64,000 bases of DNA from Mobula hypostoma (Eukaryota), in NCBI RefSeq assembly GCF_963921235.1, contig NC_086097.1, forward strand, positions 215,142,001 to 215,206,000, read 5' to 3'. Shown here in pieces: positions 24,650 through 39,150 of this stretch. The notes below the pieces were generated by a model. That model saw only the letters and a program-made list of their open reading frames with translations, ran no database searches and had not been told where the DNA came from. The position numbers were made by a program, and so were the translations under genes. The first letter of the stretch is position 1. Every line of letters starts with the position of its first letter.

Positions 24650-26962
24650 GGGAATGAGTAGGTCGGGTGACGGAGGTTTGTGTTGGGGAGCACTTCGGGT
24701 CCAGTGATCACAATGCTATTAGTTTCAATATAATTATGGAGAAGGATAGGTCTGGACCCATGGTTGAGATTTTTGATTGGAGAGAGGCTAAGGTGATGTG
24801 AAAGGATTTGGAAGGAGTGGATTGGGACAATTTGTTTTATGGGAAGGATGTAATAGAGAAATGGAAGTCATTTAAAGGTGAAATTTTGAGGGTACAGAAT
24901 GGTTCCTGTTAGGTTGAAAGGAAAGGTTAAAAGTTTGAGAGAGCCATGGATTTCAAGGGATATAGGAAACTTGATTCGGAAAAAAGAGAGATATCTACAA
25001 TAAATATAGGCAGCATGGAGTAAGTGAGCTGCTCGAGGAATATAAAGAATGTAAAAAGAATCTTAAGAAAGAAATTAGAAAAGCTAAAAGAAGACATGAG
25101 GTTGCTTTGGCAAGTAAGGTGAAAATAAATCCAAAGGGTTTCTACAGTTATATTAATAGCGAAAGGATAGTGAGGGATAAAATTGGTCCCTTAGAGAATC
25201 TGAGTGGACAGCTATGTGTGGAGCCAAAAGAGATGGGGGAGATTTTGAACAATTTCTATTCTTCGGTATTCACTAAAGAGAAAGATACTGAATTGTATAA
25301 GATAAGGGAAACAGGTAGGGAAGTTATGGAAACTATAATGATTAAAGAAGAGGAAGTACTGGTGCTTTTAAGGAATATAAAAGTGGATAGTTCTCCGGGT
25401 CCTGAGAGGATATTCCCCAGGACCTTGAGGGAAGTTAGGGTGGAAATAGCAGGGGCTCTGACAGAAATATTTCAAATGTCATTAGAAACGCGGATGGTGC
25501 TGGAGGATTGGCAAATTGCTCATGTTGTTCCATTGTTTAAAAAGGGTTCTAAGAGTAAACCTAGCAATTATCGACCTGTGAGTTTGACATCAGTGGTGGG
25601 TAAATTGATGGAAACTATTCTTAGAGATGGAATATCATTATCTGGATAGACAGGGTCTGATTAGGAACAGTCAACATGGATTTGTGTGTGGAAGGTCATG
25701 TTTGACAAACTTTATTGAATTTTTTGAAACGTTTACTAGGAAAGTTGACGAGGATAAAGCGGTGAATGTTGTCTATATGGACTTCAGTAAGGCCTTTGAC
25801 AAGGTTCCACACGGAAGGTTAGTTAGGAAGGTTCAATCGTTAAGTATTAATATTGAAGTAGTAAAATGGGTTCAGCAGTGGCTGGATGGGAGATGCCAGA
25901 GCGTAGTGGTGGATAACTGTTTGTCAAATTGGAGGCTGGTGACTAGTGGTGTGCTTCAGGGATCTGTACTGGGTCCAATGTTGTTTGTCATATATATTAA
26001 TGATCTGGATGATGGGTGGTAAATTGGATTAGTAAGTATGCAGATGATACTAAGATAGGTGGCGTTCTGGATAATGAAGTAGGTTTTCAAAGCTTGCAGA
26101 GAGATTTAGGCCAGTTAGAAGAGTGGGCTGAAAGATGGCAGATGGAGTTTAATGCTGATAAATGTGAGGTGCTACATTTTGGTAGGACTAATCAAAACAG
26201 GACATACATGGTAAATGGTAGGGCATTGAAGAATGCAGTAGAACAGAGGGATCTCGCAATAATGGTGCATAATTCCCTGAAGGTGGAATCTCATGTGGAT
26301 AGGGTAGTGAAGAAAGCTTTTGGTATGCTGGCCTTTATAAATCAGAGCATTGAGTATAGGAGTTGGGATGTAATGTTGAAATTGTACAATGCATTGGTGA
26401 GGCCAAATTTGGAGTATTGTATACAGTTCTGGTTACCGAATTATAGGAAAGATATCAACAAAATAGAGAGAGTACAGAGGAGATTTACTAGACTGTTACC
26501 TGGGTTTCATCACTTAAGTTACAGAGAAAGGTTGAACGAGTTGGGTCTTTATTCTTTGGAGCGCAGAAAGTTGAGGGGGGACTTGGTAGAGGTATTTAAA
26601 ATTATGAGGGGGATTGATAGAGTTGACGTGGATATGCTTTTCCCATTGAGAATGGGGGAGATTCAAACAAGAGGACATGAGTTGAGAGTTAAAGGGCAAA
26701 AGTTTAGGGGTAACATGAGGGGGAACTTCTTTACTCAGAGAGTGGTAGCTGTGTGGAACGAGCTTCCAGCAGAAGTGGTTGAGGCAGGGTGGATATTGCA
26801 ATTTAAAGTTAAATTGGATAGCTTTATGGACAGGAAAGAAATGGAGGGTTATGGGCTGAGTGCAGGTCAGTGGGACTAGGTGAGAGTAAGCATTCGGCAT
26901 GGACCAGAAGGGCCGAGATGGCCTGTTTCTGTGCTGTAATTGTTACATTGTTATATGGTTAT
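24650..26962 (+). mobile_element. 5'-truncated CR1 LINE
   Basis: Endonuclease end (GSSDHN) through RT in ORFs 25107-26879; (GGTTATAT)-like tail. Confidence 0.92.
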
Positions 26963-27164
26963 ATTCCATCTCTTTATATATATCTTTTTAAAAAAACTGC
27001 CTTGCCTGTGGTAGGCTCAGTGAGAACATAATGAGATCTAGGAGACATGACCACAGAAGGCAGAGGGTGGTAGAAAATCAAAGGGTCCGCCTGCTGGTCT
27101 GTGACGAATAGACTGCAGGCATCAGGATCGCTGCTCTTTGTGATTTTTATAATTAACATATAAG

Positions 27165-27780
27165 GAAGTGGAAGAATGGGTTAGAAAGTTTACAGATGAC
27201 ACAAAGGTCAGTGGTGTGGATAGAGTAGAAGGTTGTTGGTTACAACAATACACTGACAGGATGCAGAGCTTGGTGGCAAAGTGGCAGATGGAGTTTAATC
27301 TGGGAAAGATGTGAAGTGATACAGTTTAGCAGTGTACAAAGTTAATGGCAGGATTGATAGCAGTATGGAGGAACACAAGGATCTTAGGGTGTAAGTCTAT
27401 AGATCCCTCAAAGTTGCTAGCATGATTAAGAAGGTATATGGTGGGTTCAAAAGCCATGAGGTAATGCTGCAGCTAAGCCACACTTGGAGTATTGTATTCA
27501 GTTCTGGTCACCTCATTATAGGAAGGATGTGGAAGATTCAGAGTGAGTGCCAAGGAGATTTACCAGGACGCTGCCTGGACTAGAGAGTATGCCTTATGAG
27601 GAAAGGTTGAGTGAGTTCAGGGGTTTTTCCTTTGGAGTGAAGGAGGATGAGACGTAACTTGATATAAATGTAAAAGATTATGAAAAGTAGTGTGGGCAGC
27701 CAGCACCTTTTTCCTAGGGTGGCAATGCTTAATACAAGAGGGTATACTTTTGAAGTGATTAGAGGGAAGCATAGGGGGAT
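27165..27780 (+). mobile_element. Degenerate CR1 fragment
   Basis: RT C-terminal similarity (gcagatggagtttaat, cagttctggtcacctcattataggaagg). Confidence 0.7.
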
Positions 27781-27889
27781 GATAGAGGTAGATCAGGTCA
27801 CAGGCATATGTTGTGAAATTTGTTGTTTTGGAGCAGCAGTGCATTACAATAGTAATAAAAAAGAGCTATAAATTACAATAAGATATATA

Positions 27890-28690
27890 CTATATATAGT
27901 ATGTTCCAGTTAATTGGGCAATCCGTTAATAGGGGCAGCTGGTTATTTGTGACAACTCTTAAAGAACAAAAATTAATCAAGAAAATAGCTGGATTTCCTT
28001 CATTTATTTGGGATATTCTGCTGCTTTTCAGGGGCATGAAACCTACTGGACAGTTTCTAATTAACGTCAGGCACATGTGGCCATTAGGCATTACACCATA
28101 CATCGAGCAAACTGTTTTAAATAAATGGTTGTGTGCACTTGTTCAAAAAGCAGTCCTTTTTCTCACTGGTATTTGGCAAGAAATAGGCAGTAAGACAATT
28201 CAGAACTGTGTTGCTCACTGCAGTTTCAAGCACTCAGGTTTCTAGAAACCAGAGATGGCTGGGAGTGACAATGAAATAATTTCACACTTCACCAAGTAAG
28301 AAACTACAAAGAGTTTGAAGGTATCAACAATCAGCTTGAAAGTTAAAATCTGGAGGATGCAATAGTCAACAACATTGTATGAAGGCAGCCCATTATCTAC
28401 ACTAGGTATCTGTGCAGATTTTTTTCCATTTACAGACAATCAAAAGACTACAACAGCGTACAGGTACACTGGATGAGTTCCTCCATTAATAATAATTAGG
28501 AACTAATATACAGTTCCATCGTACTGTAGTGGTATTGACAGTGTTCTAATTTGTTCTGCATTTCATTTAAATGCATAATCTGTTACTCAGTTAACTGGTA
28601 GTTTGTCTTTTGATACCTTTTTAACTATTTCCATGAAACTTTGGCTAATTAAGATAGCTGCTTAATTAGGCCAAAATTTGCTGGTCATAT
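27890..28690 (+). mobile_element. Tigger/pogo-like DNA transposon remnant
   Basis: WQEIGSKTIQNCVAHCSF resembles the DDE_1 C-terminus; loose inverted subterminal similarity. Confidence 0.5.
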
Positions 28691-28739
28691 ATATTAAGTA
28701 AGCAATGCAAAAAGAAAGCAAAAAAAAAAGAAAACAAAT

Positions 28740-31700
28740 AGTAAGTTAGTGTATGTGGGTTCATTGTCCATTTATAAATATGATGGCGGAGGGGAAGCTG
28801 CTCATACAATTTTGAGTGTGTGTCTTCAGGCTCCTGTACCTCCTTGATGGTAGCAATGGGACAAGGGCATGTCCTGAGTAATGGGGCTCTTTAATGATGG
28901 ATGCCACTGCCTTGAGGCATCAACTAGTGATGCAACCAGTTCAAGTATTCTCCATAGTACCTGTAGAAATTTGCAAGAGATTTTTTTTTTGTGACATACC
29001 CAGTCTCCTCAAACTCCAGATGAAATACAGCAGCTGCCATGCCTTCTTTTACCCAGAATAGCTCTTCAGAGATGTTGATACCCAGGAATTTCAAACTACC
29101 GAGCCTTCCCATTGCAGAACCCTCAATGAGGACTGGTGTGTGTTCCCTCTACTTCCCCTTCCTGATGTCCACAATCAATTCCTTGGTTTTACTGATGTTG
29201 AGTACATGATTATTTCAACAACAATCACTTGTGGTCTCCCAGTGAGGAAGGAGTTTGTTGATTAGAACTGAGGTTTTGATTGCATTGAATGCTGAGCTGT
29301 AATCAATAAACTGCAGCTTGACTTAAGTATAACTATTGTCCGGGTGATCAAAGACCAAGTGGAGAGCCAGTGAGGTTGAATCCACTGTAGACCTATTGTA
29401 ATGATAGACAAAGTGCAGCAGGTCCAGGTAGTTAGGAGTCGATTCTGGCCATGACCAACCTCCCAAAGCACTTCATCACAGTAGATGTGAGGGCAACTGT
29501 GCTCACCTTGCTCTTCTTGGGCACTGGGATGATAGTCGCCCTTTTGAAGTAGAGAGAGCCTCTAACAGTAGCAGTGAGAGATTGAAGATGTCCTTGAATA
29601 CTCCCACCAGTTGGTTAGCATGGGTTTCCAATGACCTACCAGGTACACCATCAATGCTTGACGGCTTGAGATGGGGTCTTGAAAGATGTTCTGACGTCAG
29701 CCTCTGAGACAGAGATCACAGGATCACCCATGGCTGCAGGGATTTGCACAACTGTAGTTTAATTCTCCCTTTCAAAGTGTGCATGGAAGGTGTTGAGCAT
29801 CACAGCTACTCATTGTTAGGATGTTAGGTCTTGCCTTGTGGGAAGTAATGGTCTGCAAACCCTGCCAGAACTGACGTGCATCTGATTCCACCTCTAACTT
29901 CAATCGAAATTGTCTTTTTTAAATCTCATAAAGCAGCTTTCCGCAAGTTGTACCTGGACTCCTTGTATATTGCTGGATCACCAGTCTTGAATGACATAGG
30001 TCTAGCCCTCAGCAAACTGTAAATCACCTGGTTCAGCCATGACTTATGCTTTGGGTATGTCCAGTATGTTCTCGAAGGCACACATTCATCTGCATAGGTC
30101 TTGATGAAGTCAGTGACAACAGTGGCATCTCATTCAGATTTGTAGATGAGTCCCTGAATACTGTCCAATTACTGACTTAAAGCAGTCCTGTAAGTGCTCC
30201 TCTTCCTCCCTTGATCTTATAGGTTCTTTACAGCCAGATGATTGGACTTTCCAAAGTGGGTGCAAGGGATCGCATGGTCAGTGTTCTTGGCTCCTTTAGT
30301 TCCATTGGTGATATGTTGGTGGTAGTCGTTCAGAGAATTCTTCAAGCTGGAGTTGCCCAGGAAGAACTACAGTCTCCAAATCAGTGCATTCGAGAGGTAA
30401 TGTTGCAGCTATATAGGACCCTGGTCAGACCCGACTTGGAGTACTGTGCTCAGTTCTGGTCGCCTCACTACAGGAAGGATGTGGAAGTCATAGAAAGGGT
30501 GCAGAGCAGATTTACAAGGATGTTGCCTGGATTGGGGAGCATGCCTTATGAAGACAGGTTGAGTGGATTTGGCCTTTTCTCCTTGGAGCAACGGAGGATG
30601 AGAGGTGACCTGATAGAGGTGTATAAGATGTTGAGAGGCATTGATCTTGTGGATAGTCTGAGGCTTTTTCCCAGGGCTGAAATGACTGCCACAAGAGGGC
30701 ACAGGTTTAAGGCGCTTGGGAGTAGATACAGAGAAGATGTCAGGGATACGTTTTTTATGCAGAGAGTGGTGAGTGTGTGGAATGGGCTGCCGGCAATGAT
30801 GTGGAGGTGGATATGATAGGGTCTTTTAAGAGACTTCTGGATAGGTACATGCAGCTTAGAAAAATAGAGGGCTATGGGTAAGACTAGTAATTTCATGTTT
30901 GGCACAACTTTGTGGGCTGAAGGGCCTTTATTGTGCTGTAGGTTTTTTATGTTTCTATGTTTCTATGAATCAAGGACAGTGGAAGCAAATGGACCAATTG
31001 CCTTTTTTCTTGCCATGAGGGATGAGATGGAGGCTGCCATTTTGTGAGTCAGTGTTTTAAAGTTGACACAATGATGCCTCAGGTAATCTGCTGAACTAGG
31101 GATCATTTCCAAATAAGGAGTTGTTTGTGTATTGTCCTTTAGTTGGATACAGCATGCAGGTTTGTGAATGTTGGTCTGTGTCTGGTCTGTATGGTTCAAG
31201 GTGATTGGGAACAAATATCCACCAATTGTTACTTACTGGGAAGAGGACAATAAATGGATGTTGACCTGGAACAGAGCCAATAAAAAGGTGTTCCACGTCA
31301 GACACATGACCTACATCCAATGACGCTGGAGTCCAATATTTGAATTGATAAGGAATGAATATTAAAAGCTGACATTTCAAGTGTGCTGGTGGCGGTAACT
31401 GGGTTTGAAAACAACTATGGCAGATGTGAGGTGCCCTAAAGAAACAGAGATTCCAAATGGCACTACGAGGAACATGTGGCCAGCAGTGGAAACTCCCTTT
31501 TAACTGGTAATATCTTTTCTATTCTTTGACTGTTCATGGAAAGTCAGGAAAACTTAGTTGGTGTGCATACAATATATTTAGTGTATCAATTCATGTACTT
31601 GTGAACTTAGACAATAAAGGTCAGTAAATACGGTCCTTTCTGTGCCTCTCTGATCGTTATTACAAGGAGTGATTCTTGTAACACTGACCTGATTGAAATC

Positions 31701-32415
31701 CCCCAGAATGATAGAGAAGTCATTGTGACTGCTGATTATGGTGCTTTGCTCTTCCAGTGCCTGCCTTATATTGGCCTGAGGTTGAATGTACAGCGCTACC
31801 AGGATAATGGCAGGAATCTCCCTAGGCAGGTAAAATGGGCATTTGATCACTAAGTATTCCAGGTCGGGTGAGCAAGATTGAGACAGACTGCCACACCTGT
31901 GCATCATGATAATCATAAAACATGCTCCACCTTCTCAACTTTGAGAAGACTCAGCGTTCCTGTCTTTATGGTGAATGGTGAAGCCATGAGGCTGCAGCGC
32001 TGCACTGAAAATGGTGGAAGTGAGGCAGGTTTCTGTGAAGCAGTCCGTGATGTTCCTTTGGTACTGCAACCTTATTCTGAGGTCTTCGATTTTGTTTTCC
32101 AGAGACTGTACATTTGCTAGCAGGATAGTCAGAAGGGGGAGTCTAATGCCTTTGGATTTCAATTGTACCTGTAGACCGGCGCACCGTCCCTGCTTCTGTT
32201 TCTTCAAGGGGAACTGCACTTGCAACCCGAGTCTGCTGTCCAATATCACTAGATTTGAGTATCAATAGACTTTTTAAACATCTTACAGTGATGTTGCCTA
32301 CTGAATTACCCATGGCTGTGACTGTGGATTTCAGTTGTAGTAGTCCTCAACAGGAATAATTAGTAATTCCCATCTGAGCTGCAGTCAAAGATTCACCACT
32401 TATTGGCGCCATCTT
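28740..32415 (-). mobile_element. Degenerate Rex1/Babar-like LINE, interrupted by other sequence
   Basis: LPLLTILLANVQSLENKIEDLR, FYLPREIPAIILVALYIQPQA, KFLGINISE. Confidence 0.7.
30390..30966 (+). mobile_element. CR1 3' fragment
   Basis: LYRTLVRPDLEYCAQFWSPHY; (TTTCTATG) tail. Confidence 0.88.
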
Positions 32416-33094
32416 GAACATCTTTCAGAGAATTACCTCCAAATAAATAATTGTCCTTAGTTTCAGTCAATGTTTCCAAACTTCTGAGTTTTTCAGCTCC
32501 ATCTTGTCAGGGAAATCTTTTAAGCAGCCATTTGGTGTCACTGTTGTATTCCAAATAAGTTAGCACTTGGGAACATTTAGTTAAAGTATCACCATTTATG
32601 ACAGGAGGTCGATCTGTGAGATGAGAAGTTCTGGTGATTATCTACAATTATGAATATTCATAGCATTCAAGCTTATATTTGTGAAAGTTGAAAAGCTCAG
32701 CTGTTTTTATTTCATGTGGTTGGAACACTGAAGATCTTTACTCCCTCACATTGTGGGGTGGATGTAAGATTTAAATAAATTCAATTCAATTTAACTAAAG
32801 GTCCAGTCTAAGCTTAAAGCTGTTGAGAAATATTTGTTCTGAATCGCAGTTTCAGTCTCTGTCCTGCCTTAGAAGTTTCCAGGAGACCAAGCAGTCATTT
32901 GGGAGACTTTGTGGATGGAAAGATCTATGGTGTATAATATCTCATAGAATCATATAACACAAAACAAGCCTTTTGCCCCAGCAAGTACATCCATCTACAC
33001 CAATGTTACCCTCACCTATTTTATTCTCTCCATTTCCACTTTAATTCCCTGCATGAACAATTTAAAGCGGTGAATTAACCTACCACTTACTGAT

Positions 33095-34620
33095 TAATAA
33101 GTCTGCAGATGAGACAAAAATGGGTAGAGTTGTGGATAGTGAGGAAGGATATGGTAGTATGTAGATCTGTTGGAAACATGGGTGGACAATGGCACATGGG
33201 GCTCATCCTGGATAAGTGTGAGATATTGCATTTTGGGAGATCCACTGCAAGAGGACAATAAATTGCAGCACCCTAAGAATTAAAGATGCAAGTCCATAGA
33301 TCCCCAAAAATAGAAACCCAGACAGACAGGTCAGTAAAGAAGGCGTACGGCTTCATCGGTCAGGGTACTGAGTATAAAAGTTGGGAAGGCATGTTGTAGC
33401 TGTATGAAACATTGGTTAGGCCAAATTTGATGCAGTTCTAGTCACTGCCTTGCAGGAAGGATGCAGAGGCTTTGAAGAGGGTGCAGCAGAGGTTCTTCAG
33501 GATCTTAGCAGGCCAGGCAGCATCTCTGGAAAAGAGTACAGTCGGCATTTTAAGCCAAGACCCGTTGGCCTGAAACGTTGACTGTACTCTTTTCTATAGA
33601 TGCTGTCTGGCCTGTTGAGTTCCTCGATTTTGTATGTGTGGCTTGGATTTCCAGCATCTGCAGATTTTCTCTTGTTTGTCACAAGGATCTTGCCTGGATA
33701 GGAGTGTGTTAGCTACAAGGAGAAGTTGGTTAACTTTGTATTGTTTCTCCGGGATAGCAGAGGATGAGGGGCAGAGGATAAAAGGGGCATTATGAGAGGC
33801 GTAGACAGGGTAGAGTGAAAAGGTTGAATATTAGAAGGCATAAGTATAAATTCGGAGTGTAGCTTTACAAGAGATTTGTGGGGTAAGATCGTGAACACGG
33901 CGCAGCACATCACAGCACATCACACAAACCAATCTTCCGTCCGTGGACTCACTTTACACCGCACGCTGTTGGAGCAGTGCTGCCAGGATAATCAAGGACA
34001 TGACCCACCCAGCCAACACAATTTTTGCCCCGCTTCCCTCCAGGAGAAAGTTCAGGAGCTTGAAGTCTCGTTTGGCCAGATTTGGGAACAGCTTCTTTCC
34101 AACTGTGATAAGACTGCTGAACGGATCCTGACCCGGATCTGGGCCGTACCCTCCAAATATCCGGACCTGACTCTCAGTTTTTTTGCACTACCTTACTTCC
34201 CATTTTTCTACTTTCTATTTATGATTTATAATTTAAATTTTTAATATTTGCTAATTTTAACTATTTTTAATATTTAATATTTGTAATCCAGGGAGTGTGA
34301 AGCGCGGAATCAAATATCGCTGTGATGATTGTATGTTCTAGTACCAATTGTTTGGCGACAATGAAGTATGAAGTATAAAGATTTTCTTTTACACACAGGT
34401 ACCCGAAACGTGCAGTCAGGGAAGGTGGGGAAAGCAGAAACGATAGCAATGTTTAAGAGGCATTTACAGAGACACGTGAACAGGCAGTGTACAGAGGGTT
34501 ATGGACCATGTGCAGGCAGATGGGATTAGATTAGATTGGCATCACAGACTGTGTAGTTATAGTTGACTGAAGGGCTGTACCATTCTAAGTGTTGTACCTA
34601 TGCTTTGCTGTTCTATGTTC
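33095..34620 (+). mobile_element. Old CR1 fragment split by an inverted PLE pLTR (33500-33680) and a Rex-like 3' fragment (33875-34378)
   Basis: CR1 RT tail similarity on both sides; RIIKDMTHPAN...FGNSFFPTVIRLLN in the Rex insert. Confidence 0.65.
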
Positions 34621-34624
34621 AATG

Positions 34625-34785
34625 CACAACTCTCATATCTTTACAATATGGGAAGAAGCTGCAGCACCTGGAGGAAACCCAGGTGGTCACAAGGAGAACA
34701 TGCAAACTCTACAGTAACAGCGGTTCTGATTGAACTTGACTCCAGGAGTCAGAGGCAGTGACTGATCCAGCTGCACCACTGCCCC
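34625..34785 (-). mobile_element. tRNA-derived SINE remnant (HE1/V-SINE-like core); probable other half at ~32945-33090
   Basis: ggaggaaacccaggtggtcacaaggagaacatgcaaactc core motif. Confidence 0.5.
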
Positions 34786-35549
34786 TCTAATATCATTCTA
34801 GGGAGCAATATTGGCAAGGCTTGGCAACTATATGTACATTTCAAGCTTCCAGTCTAGAGTATGTTGCCACATTTAGCTAGGCATCCAAGTATTTGGAAGG
34901 AGTCAGCAGTACTGTTTTTCCAGCAGGAAATCCACAACCAATGTAATCCCAGTCTATCTGAGAGAAGGAATTATCAGACCATCAAAAGTTCACTGTAAAA
35001 CGCTAATGGCTTTGTTTCAGTTCCCTTCCCTCCAGCAAGCTTGGCCAAATCAGAAAGATGGGAATAGGCCTCAGTGTCAACAGGGCTGAGGGTTCCTGAA
35101 GTGCAATGCTGGGCGCCTCAAGAAACACAGCTGGTTAGCCCCTTGCTAACAATCCAATGGCCTTAGCAGTGAGAAAACCACCTTACTCGAACCCAGTACA
35201 TCTAGGGTCGATATGACGTGGGTCCTAGCAGAGCGTGAGAGCCAGGATGTTTTGACCACTTGCACCCCAATCTGAGTGAATGCTGTGTAAATGCTGTCCA
35301 CTAGCAATTACCTGTCAGCAAGAAATAACAGATTGTACACTGATACAATTATAATAAAGGTGTGTTTATGAATGTCATTTAATCAAACAGTTAATAAAGA
35401 AAAAATAAAAAAATACAAGGGCCCATTATAATTAAAACAGTCAAATGTGCATAGCTACTGATAAACTGACAATGAGATGCTAAGCAAATTTTAGCATCTT
35501 TGTTCTAAATGAGGTTAGGTAGTTTGGCACATGGACAGATTCAAATATA

Positions 35550-35875
35550 AGTTATAGAGTCTTAGAGCATTACAGCACCAAAACATACCCTTTGGTCCAT
35601 CTAGTCCATGGTAAGCTGTTATTTTGCCTATTTCCACTAACCCACACTCGAACCAAAGTCCTCCATAACCCTCCCATCCATGTACTTACCTAAACTTCTC
35701 TCAAGAGTTGCATTTGAACCTGCATTCACTACTTCCACTGACAGCTTGTTCAACACTAGTACCACCCTGTGAGTGAAGTTCTTCCTCAGGTGCCCCTAAG
35801 ATATTTCACCTTTCATCCTTCACCTATGACCCCTAGTTCAAGTCTCACCTAACCTCAGTGCAAAAAGCCTGCTTG
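35550..35875 (-). mobile_element. CR1 3' fragment
   Basis: Similar to the 3' end of 61757-62100. Confidence 0.7.
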
Positions 35876-37289
35876 TATAGTACCCCTAAAAAGAGAGGTA
35901 TGAATGAAACATACACACTGTATTGTTTACTCTTCTGTAATTTTATGGTAAATGAAAATAAATTACAACACACCCAGTTAACTATAACAATAGGCAATGA
36001 GATATGCATTAAATCAGGTTCAATTCTTTTCCTGTTTATAATGTCACTCATTTGATATTCAGGCCTTTTTGGTTTAACTATAATTTCTGTTATTCCACGG
36101 CGATATATCACTTTGATTCCAAATTATCAAAAAATGTAACATAAGATATGAAAATACTCCAATGAACTATTATCTCCCGTTAACAGCAATTCTTCGCATC
36201 CAAACAGTTACACTGAGTGCTTATGGCGCTGTCTCCATGCAGCTTTAACACCTCAATCGTTCAAGCCATGTGGGTGAAAACAGCATTTTTCACACGGCTT
36301 CAAGCAAACATATATGAATTATGCAAAATTTTGGAGAAAAGTACTCCACAACATTTTTCTGAGAACAAAAATGTGCTAATTCACTTAAAATTCCAATTAT
36401 CTTCTGTATTTCTTTGCCTACCTGAAAGAGGGAGAAATGAATGAAACATACACACTGTTCTGTTTGCTTGTCAGTACCTTTATGGTGAATGAGGAATACA
36501 GTATAACCACCCCCTCACCCTTCAACACCAGGCACTCTGGCAGGCATGAGCAATCAGTCGTGTACTGGAGATTGAATGCAAGACTTTACAAGTCAATGGC
36601 AATGCTATAGAAGAATACCTTGCACACAGATTCTCAGAATTTTCAACTAAACACATCTGCATGTTTTAAAAGTAATATCCCTTTTTTCTCATCATGAATT
36701 GATATTCACATTAAATAAATGATTTTAACTCTTTTTAAAATTATTAGAACAATCATTTATAACTAAATTGAACAGATTTTAACCTTTCCATCCTCTCCCC
36801 CTCAAATTTAGATGTTGTCCTGACATCTTCCGGTGTTACTTTTCTTATTTCAATCTCAAGGCTATCACACTGTAGAAACTTGGACAGAGAAGTTGTTTAC
36901 AGGCACTTCTTCCCCTATATTTAGCTATGAATCACAGTCATTCAATGCTAAAAATTGCTTGACGATGAAAGCAGATGACAATCACAAGTGCACTTAAATG
37001 GACCATGGCTGCCACGTCCTGGTTTCTAACAAGGGTTTGTGATTACCAGGGTATTTCTGGGCTCCAATGAGAAAAAGGTTTATACAGTTTTCTCTCTAAA
37101 GTGCTCTTTGACAGCAACAGTATTTGAGTACCTGGAGCATACCTGTCAATCACAAGAGGGTGTAACAGCAGTCCATGAGCATTTCCTTATGCCATCTTGC
37201 TGGTTGCTTTATGGTATGATTCACTAGTTTAGGGCATAGAACGTCCTCTCAATCAACAGTCCCTACATTACTTTCCTTGCACAAAACAT

Positions 37290-37660
37290 TCCATAAGACC
37301 ATAAAATATAGGAACAGAAGTAGGCCATTCAGCCCATTGAGTCATTCAATCATAGCTGATCCAATTCTTCCAGTCATTCCCACTCCCCTGCCTTCACCCC
37401 ACACCCTTTGATGCCCTGGCTAATCAAGAGCCTGTCTATCTCTGCCTTAAATACACCTAATGACTTGGCCTCCACAGCCACTCGTGGCAACAAATTCCAT
37501 AGATTTACCACCCTCTGACTAAAATAATTTCTCCGCATCTCAGTTCTAAATGAACGTCCTTCAATCCTGAAGTCGTGCCCTCTTGTCATAGATTCCCCTA
37601 CCATGGGAAATAACTTTGCCATATCTAATTTGTTCAGGCCTTTTAACATTTGGAATGTTT
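37290..37660 (-). mobile_element. CR1 3' fragment
   Basis: LKGLNKLDMAKLFP...FSQRVVNLWN. Confidence 0.85.
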
Positions 37661-38433
37661 CCCGTCTGTTGCGGGAAGTATTGTGAATCCTCAACCCTCA
37701 TTTGCTGCTCAGCAGGTTGTATAGGCTCTACTTCAAAATTATTGCTGTCCTTGTTACTATGAGGTTGGAAATATTCAGCTTGGTAGTAATATTCATCCTC
37801 ACCGTCGCTGGCTGGCTCACTCTCTCCACTTTCTTTAGGTGGATGAGCCCTGCTGCTCCATTTCGGCAGATACCTTGCTTTGTTGTGGTATCCTCGTGGT
37901 TCAACATCCAAAGACAGATGTTCACATGGCATGGGAAGATTGTGATGTAGTACTTTGGATTTTCCCTTTCCTTGTTCGGGTTTTACTTCATAGATTGGCA
38001 CATCCTCCCTAACTTTCCATACAACAGCACAGATATAGTCCTCCCAATAACTCTGAAGCTTTCCCAGGCCTCTGCGGAGCGTCGGATTCTTTACAAGGAC
38101 ATGATTCCCAGGTCGTAACTCTGTAAATCTCACTCTGTTGTCATAGTTTCTCTTATTTCTCCCTGAGACCTTTTGCATGTACTCCTTGGCAATCTAATGA
38201 GCTACTTGCACGCCTCTTTTCCACCTTTCCAAGTATTCATTGTAGGTTGCAGGGCTTTTGTCAGTGTTCTGGCCGAAGAATGTATCTATTGGCAACCTCA
38301 GTGATCTATCAAAGAGAAGGTGGAACTGGGTGTTACTTCTGACCTTGACAGTTATAAATATAAACCATGACTCTTTCCAATTTTCATTTGTCTTTCTGTT
38401 AGTGTTTTCAACATTTGCAGAACCTCTTAATTT

Positions 38434-39150
38434 ATCCATTTCCCTGGGGGTGGTACGGCGTAGTTCTTGTCCATTTCCCTGGGAGTGTTACACTGTAGTT
38501 CTCGTCCATTTCCCTGGGGGCATTATGATATAGTTTTTGTCAATTTCCCTGGGAGTGTTATGGTGTAGTTCTCGTCCATTTCCCTGGGAGTGTTACACTG
38601 TAGTTCTCGTCCATTTCCCTGGGGGTGGTACAGTGTAGTTCTTGTCCATTTCCCTGGGGGGTGGTACGGTGTAGTTCTCATCCATTTCCCCTGTGTAGTT
38701 CTCGTCCATTTCCCTGGGGGTGTTATGGTGTAGTTCTCGTCCATTTCCCTGGGGGTGGTACGGTGTAGTTCTTGTCCATTTCCCTGGGGGTGGTACGGTG
38801 TAGTTCTTGTCCATTTCCCTGGGGGTGTTATGGTGTAGTTCTCGTCCATTTCCCTGGGGGCGTTATGGTGTAGTTCTCGTCCATTTCACTGGGAGCGTTA
38901 CACTGTAGTTCTCGTCCATTTCCCTGGGGGTGTTACACTGCAGTTCTCGTCCATTTCCCTGGGGGTGGTACAGTGTAGTTCTCGTCCATTTCCCTGGGAG
39001 TGTTATGGTGTAGTTCTCGTCCATTTCCCTACGGTGTAGTTCTCATCCATTTCCCTGGGGGTGGTACGGTGTAGTTCTCGTCCATTTCCCTGGAGGTGGT
39101 ACGGTGTAGTTCTCGTCCATTTCCCTGGAGGTGGTACGGTGTAGTTCTTG
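38434..39150. repeat. 35-bp minisatellite, ~20 copies
   Basis: Unit GTCCATTTCCCTGGGGGTGGTACGGTGTAGTTCTC with variants; period 35 (e.g. 39081, 39116). Confidence 0.95.

Noticed and set aside
35262..35460. Possible solo LTR remnant
   Set aside because: No partner, TSD or clear termini could be supported.
38434..39150. CRISPR-like array of ~35-bp repeats
   Set aside because: Units are head-to-tail with no unique spacers, no cas genes are present, the context is eukaryotic, and the unit derives from integrase.
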